Shown: piece after piece, positions 13,941 to 16,094 of the stretch | Numbering within the stretch: the first letter of the stretch is position 1 | Layout: each line of letters begins with the position of its first letter | Assembly: GCA_050012475.1 (NCBI GenBank) | Contig: JBEKHC010000108.1 | Location: forward strand, 1-16,094 | Length of the DNA stretch: 16,094 nt | Direction: 5' to 3' | Source: Candidatus Velthaea sp. | GTDB taxonomy: Bacteria; Vulcanimicrobiota; Vulcanimicrobiia; Vulcanimicrobiales; Vulcanimicrobiaceae | Program-made: the position numbers and the translations under genes | Notes under the pieces: model-generated | Database searches by the model: none | Told to the model about the DNA's origin: nothing | The model's input: only the letters and a program-made list of their open reading frames with translations

Positions 13941-15460
13941 GCGCCGTCGGGCACGGATTCGTCGCGCGCCCAGCCGCGGCTGCGCTCCACTGCGCGCGTC
14001 CAATCCGTGCGCAATCGGGTGCGGCGTGCCGCGTCGAGTGCCGGCCGAAAACGGCGCTCCTCGCGCCAGTGGCGTGCGACCGTCTCGAGGTCGGCCCAGA
14101 ACCCGCACTGCAGTCCGGCCAGATAGGCCGCGCCCAGCGCGGTCGTTTCGGTAACCTGGGGCCGCACGACGTCGAGCCCCAAGATATCGGCCTGAAACTG
14201 CATCGCCAGATCGTTGCGCGCGGCGCCGCCATCGACCCTCAATTCAACCAGCGTCAGGCCGGCGTCGCGCTGCATTGCCGCGATCACATCGGCAGATTGA
14301 TATCCCATCGCCTCGAGCGTTGCCCGCGCGATGTGCGCGCGCGTCGTGCCGCGCGTCATCCCGACGAGCGTGCCGCGCGCGTACGGATCCCAATAGGGCG
14401 CGCCCAGTCCGGCGAACGCCGGGACAAAATACACGCCCCCGGAGTCGATGGCCTCGCGGGCCAACGTTTCGATGTCCGACGAGCGTTCGATCAATCCAAG
14501 GCCGTCACGCAGCCACTGCACGGCCGCACCCGTGACGAAGATCGAGCCTTCGAGCGCGTACGTGACCCGTTTGGACTCGAAGCCGAACGCGATGGTCGAC
14601 ACGAGGCCGGCGTTGCTGCGCACGATGCGGTCGCCGGTATTCACCACCACGAACGAGCCGGTACCGTAGGTATTCTTGCCCGAGCCGCGCGTGAACCCGG
14701 CTTGGCCGGCAAGCGCGGCTTGTTGATCTCCCGCAACGCCGGCGATCCGGATTGGCGCGCCAAAGAGTTCGGGCCGAATGGTTCCAAAATCCGCGGTGCT
14801 CGGCAGCACGTGCGGCAGCAGCGCGCGCGGCACGCCGAAGATCTCCAGTAGCCGATCGCTCCACTCCAAGCGCTCGATGTCGAAGAGCAGCGTGCGCGAT
14901 GCGTTGCTCACGTCCGTCACGTGGCGGCGGCCGCCGGTGAGGTTCCAGATCAGCCAGCTGTCGACGGTGCCGAAAGCCAGCTCGCCCTTTTCCGCGCGTT
15001 CGCGTAGGCCGGCGACCGCATCGAGCATCCAACTGATTTTGGTCGCGGAAAAATAGGGGTCGATCAACAGTCCGGTCAGCCGGCGGACCTCGGCGTCGAA
15101 TCCGCGCGCACACAGTCCGGCGCAGGCCGCGGCGGTGCGGCGATCTTGCCAAACGATCGCGTTGTGCACCGGACGGCCGGTGGAACGATCCCACAGGAGC
15201 GCGGTTTCACGCTGATTCGTGATGCCGACGGCCGCGATCTCGCCGGCGCCCACGTTTGCGTTACGCAACGCGCCCCGAGCGGTTTCGAGCTGCGAACGCC
15301 AGATATCGTCGGGGTCGTGCTCGACCCAACCGGGCTGCGGAAAGCGCTGCGGATACTCGGCTTGGTCGAGACCGCGAACGTGACCATCACGATCGAACAA
15401 GACCGCGCGCGAACTCGTCGTGCCCTGGTCGAGGGCTAAAACATACGCCGTTTGAGTCAC
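13937..15460 (-). CDS. glpK: Glycerol kinase
   Basis: [113 protein letters not shown]. Confidence 0.97.
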   Translation of the reverse strand: MTQTAYVLALDQGTTSSRAVLFDRDGHVRGLDQAEYPQRFPQPGWVEHDPDDIWRSQLETARGALRNANVGAGEIAAVGITNQRETALLWDRSTGRPVHNAIVWQDRRTAAACAGLCARGFDAEVRRLTGLLIDPYFSATKISWMLDAVAGLRERAEKGELAFGTVDSWLIWNLTGGRRHVTDVSNASRTLLFDIERLEWSDRLLEIFGVPRALLPHVLPSTADFGTIRPELFGAPIRIAGVAGDQQAALAGQAGFTRGSGKNTYGTGSFVVVNTGDRIVRSNAGLVSTIAFGFESKRVTYALEGSIFVTGAAVQWLRDGLGLIERSSDIETLAREAIDSGGVYFVPAFAGLGAPYWDPYARGTLVGMTRGTTRAHIARATLEAMGYQSADVIAAMQRDAGLTLVELRVDGGAARNDLAMQFQADILGLDVVRPQVTETTALGAAYLAGLQCGFWADLETVARHWREERRFRPALDAARRTRLRTDWTRAVERSRGWARDESVPDGA

Positions 15461-15472
15461 CGCGGCAGGGGT

Positions 15473-16094
15473 TCAGCTTGGAATTGGTTCGATGACGTAG
15501 CCGGCGCTCAGGAGTGCGGCGCTCAATGCCTGTTTGCCGATGCGGGCGTATTCCAGCGGCGGCGCCTTGGCCGGATCCTGTTCGGCTTCGACGATGAACC
15601 AGCCATCGTAACCGGCGCCGGCGAGCTTCGCGGTGATCGCGCCGAAATCGATCGCTCCGTCACCCGGAACCGTGAATGCGCCTTTGAGCACGGCGCCCAA
15701 AAACGACTCCTGCTCGCGATCGATCGAGGCGAGAACGTCAGGCCGGACGTCTTTGGTGTGAACGTGCACGACTCGGCTGCCGTGATGCTCGAGCACGCGC
15801 AGCGGATCGGCGCCGGCGAAAACCAAGTGTCCGGTGTCGCACAGCAGACCGACGGCGGGTCCGGTTTGCGCCATGAGACGATCGATGTCGTGCTCATCCT
15901 CGATCGCCGTGCCCATGTGGTGATGAAACGCCAACGGTACGCCGGATGCGGAGCAAAATTGGGCAAAGCTGGTGAGCTTTTTCGCGTACGCCGCTACTTC
16001 GTCGTCCGAAAGCCGGCGGCGACGCGCCAACGGGACATCTTGCCGGTTTTGAATCGTCCCGGCGGTTTCACCGTACACGAGCATCGACGCTCCG
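15473..16094 (-). CDS. iolE: Myo-inosose-2 dehydratase, 5'-truncated by window edge
   Basis: LAFHHHMGT, GLLCDTGHLVFAGADP, HVHTKDVR, SFLGAVLKGAFTVPGDGAIDF, YDGWFIVEAEQDPAKAPPLEYA are IolE/MocC motifs; the frame stays open to the window end. Confidence 0.92.
   Translation of the reverse strand, partial: GASMLVYGETAGTIQNRQDVPLARRRRLSDDEVAAYAKKLTSFAQFCSASGVPLAFHHHMGTAIEDEHDIDRLMAQTGPAVGLLCDTGHLVFAGADPLRVLEHHGSRVVHVHTKDVRPDVLASIDREQESFLGAVLKGAFTVPGDGAIDFGAITAKLAGAGYDGWFIVEAEQDPAKAPPLEYARIGKQALSAALLSAGYVIEPIPS

Noticed and set aside
12295..14108. Longer starts for glpD (14108) and the cyclophilin (12402)
   Set aside because: They overlap upstream genes extensively; stop/start overlaps at 13940 and 12291-12294 are better supported.
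5769..14851. Long overlapping ORFs such as 5769-6695, 8479-9534, 12255-13283, 13216-14232 and 13898-14851
   Set aside because: Antisense or off-frame shadows of well-supported genes, expected in high-GC DNA, with no recognisable motifs.
1..16094. CRISPR array, tRNA, rRNA, IS element, integrase or prophage
   Set aside because: No regularly spaced long repeats, RNA gene signatures or recombinase motifs seen; intergenic gaps are all about 300 nt or less.

Overview
High-GC bacterial window, probably from a diderm; the gene repertoire is reminiscent of Eremiobacterota/Vulcanimicrobiota, but that is inference only. Left to right: (1) a methyl-accepting chemotaxis protein (minus strand, runs off the left edge, absent from the ORF track) with a sigma28-like -10 box; (2) a divergent 659-aa exported Pro/Thr-linker protein ending in Phe (probable outer-membrane beta-barrel) behind a structured, terminator-like leader; (3) a small secreted two-Cys protein that seems to start at ATC; (4) a DGPF/YciI protein plus ECF42-type sigma factor with its own TGTCGA-N17-CGAC promoter; (5) an oppABC-type ABC importer with no ATPase gene; (6) a minus-strand unit of Cys-rich TetR (sigma70 promoter, palindromic operator), an unannotated 30-codon ORF overlapping both neighbours, a two-domain VOC/glyoxalase-like protein and a frameshifted secreted-protein gene; (7) a tightly packed minus-strand run iolE (partial)-glpK-glpD-exported cyclophilin. 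No rRNA, tRNA, CRISPR array or mobile element was seen. Best leads: inositol and glycerol catabolism next to a possible electrophile-detox module, the doubly coupled sORF, and the candidate cis-regulatory leader. Most genes belong to known families, so novelty lies mainly in arrangement and small elements.
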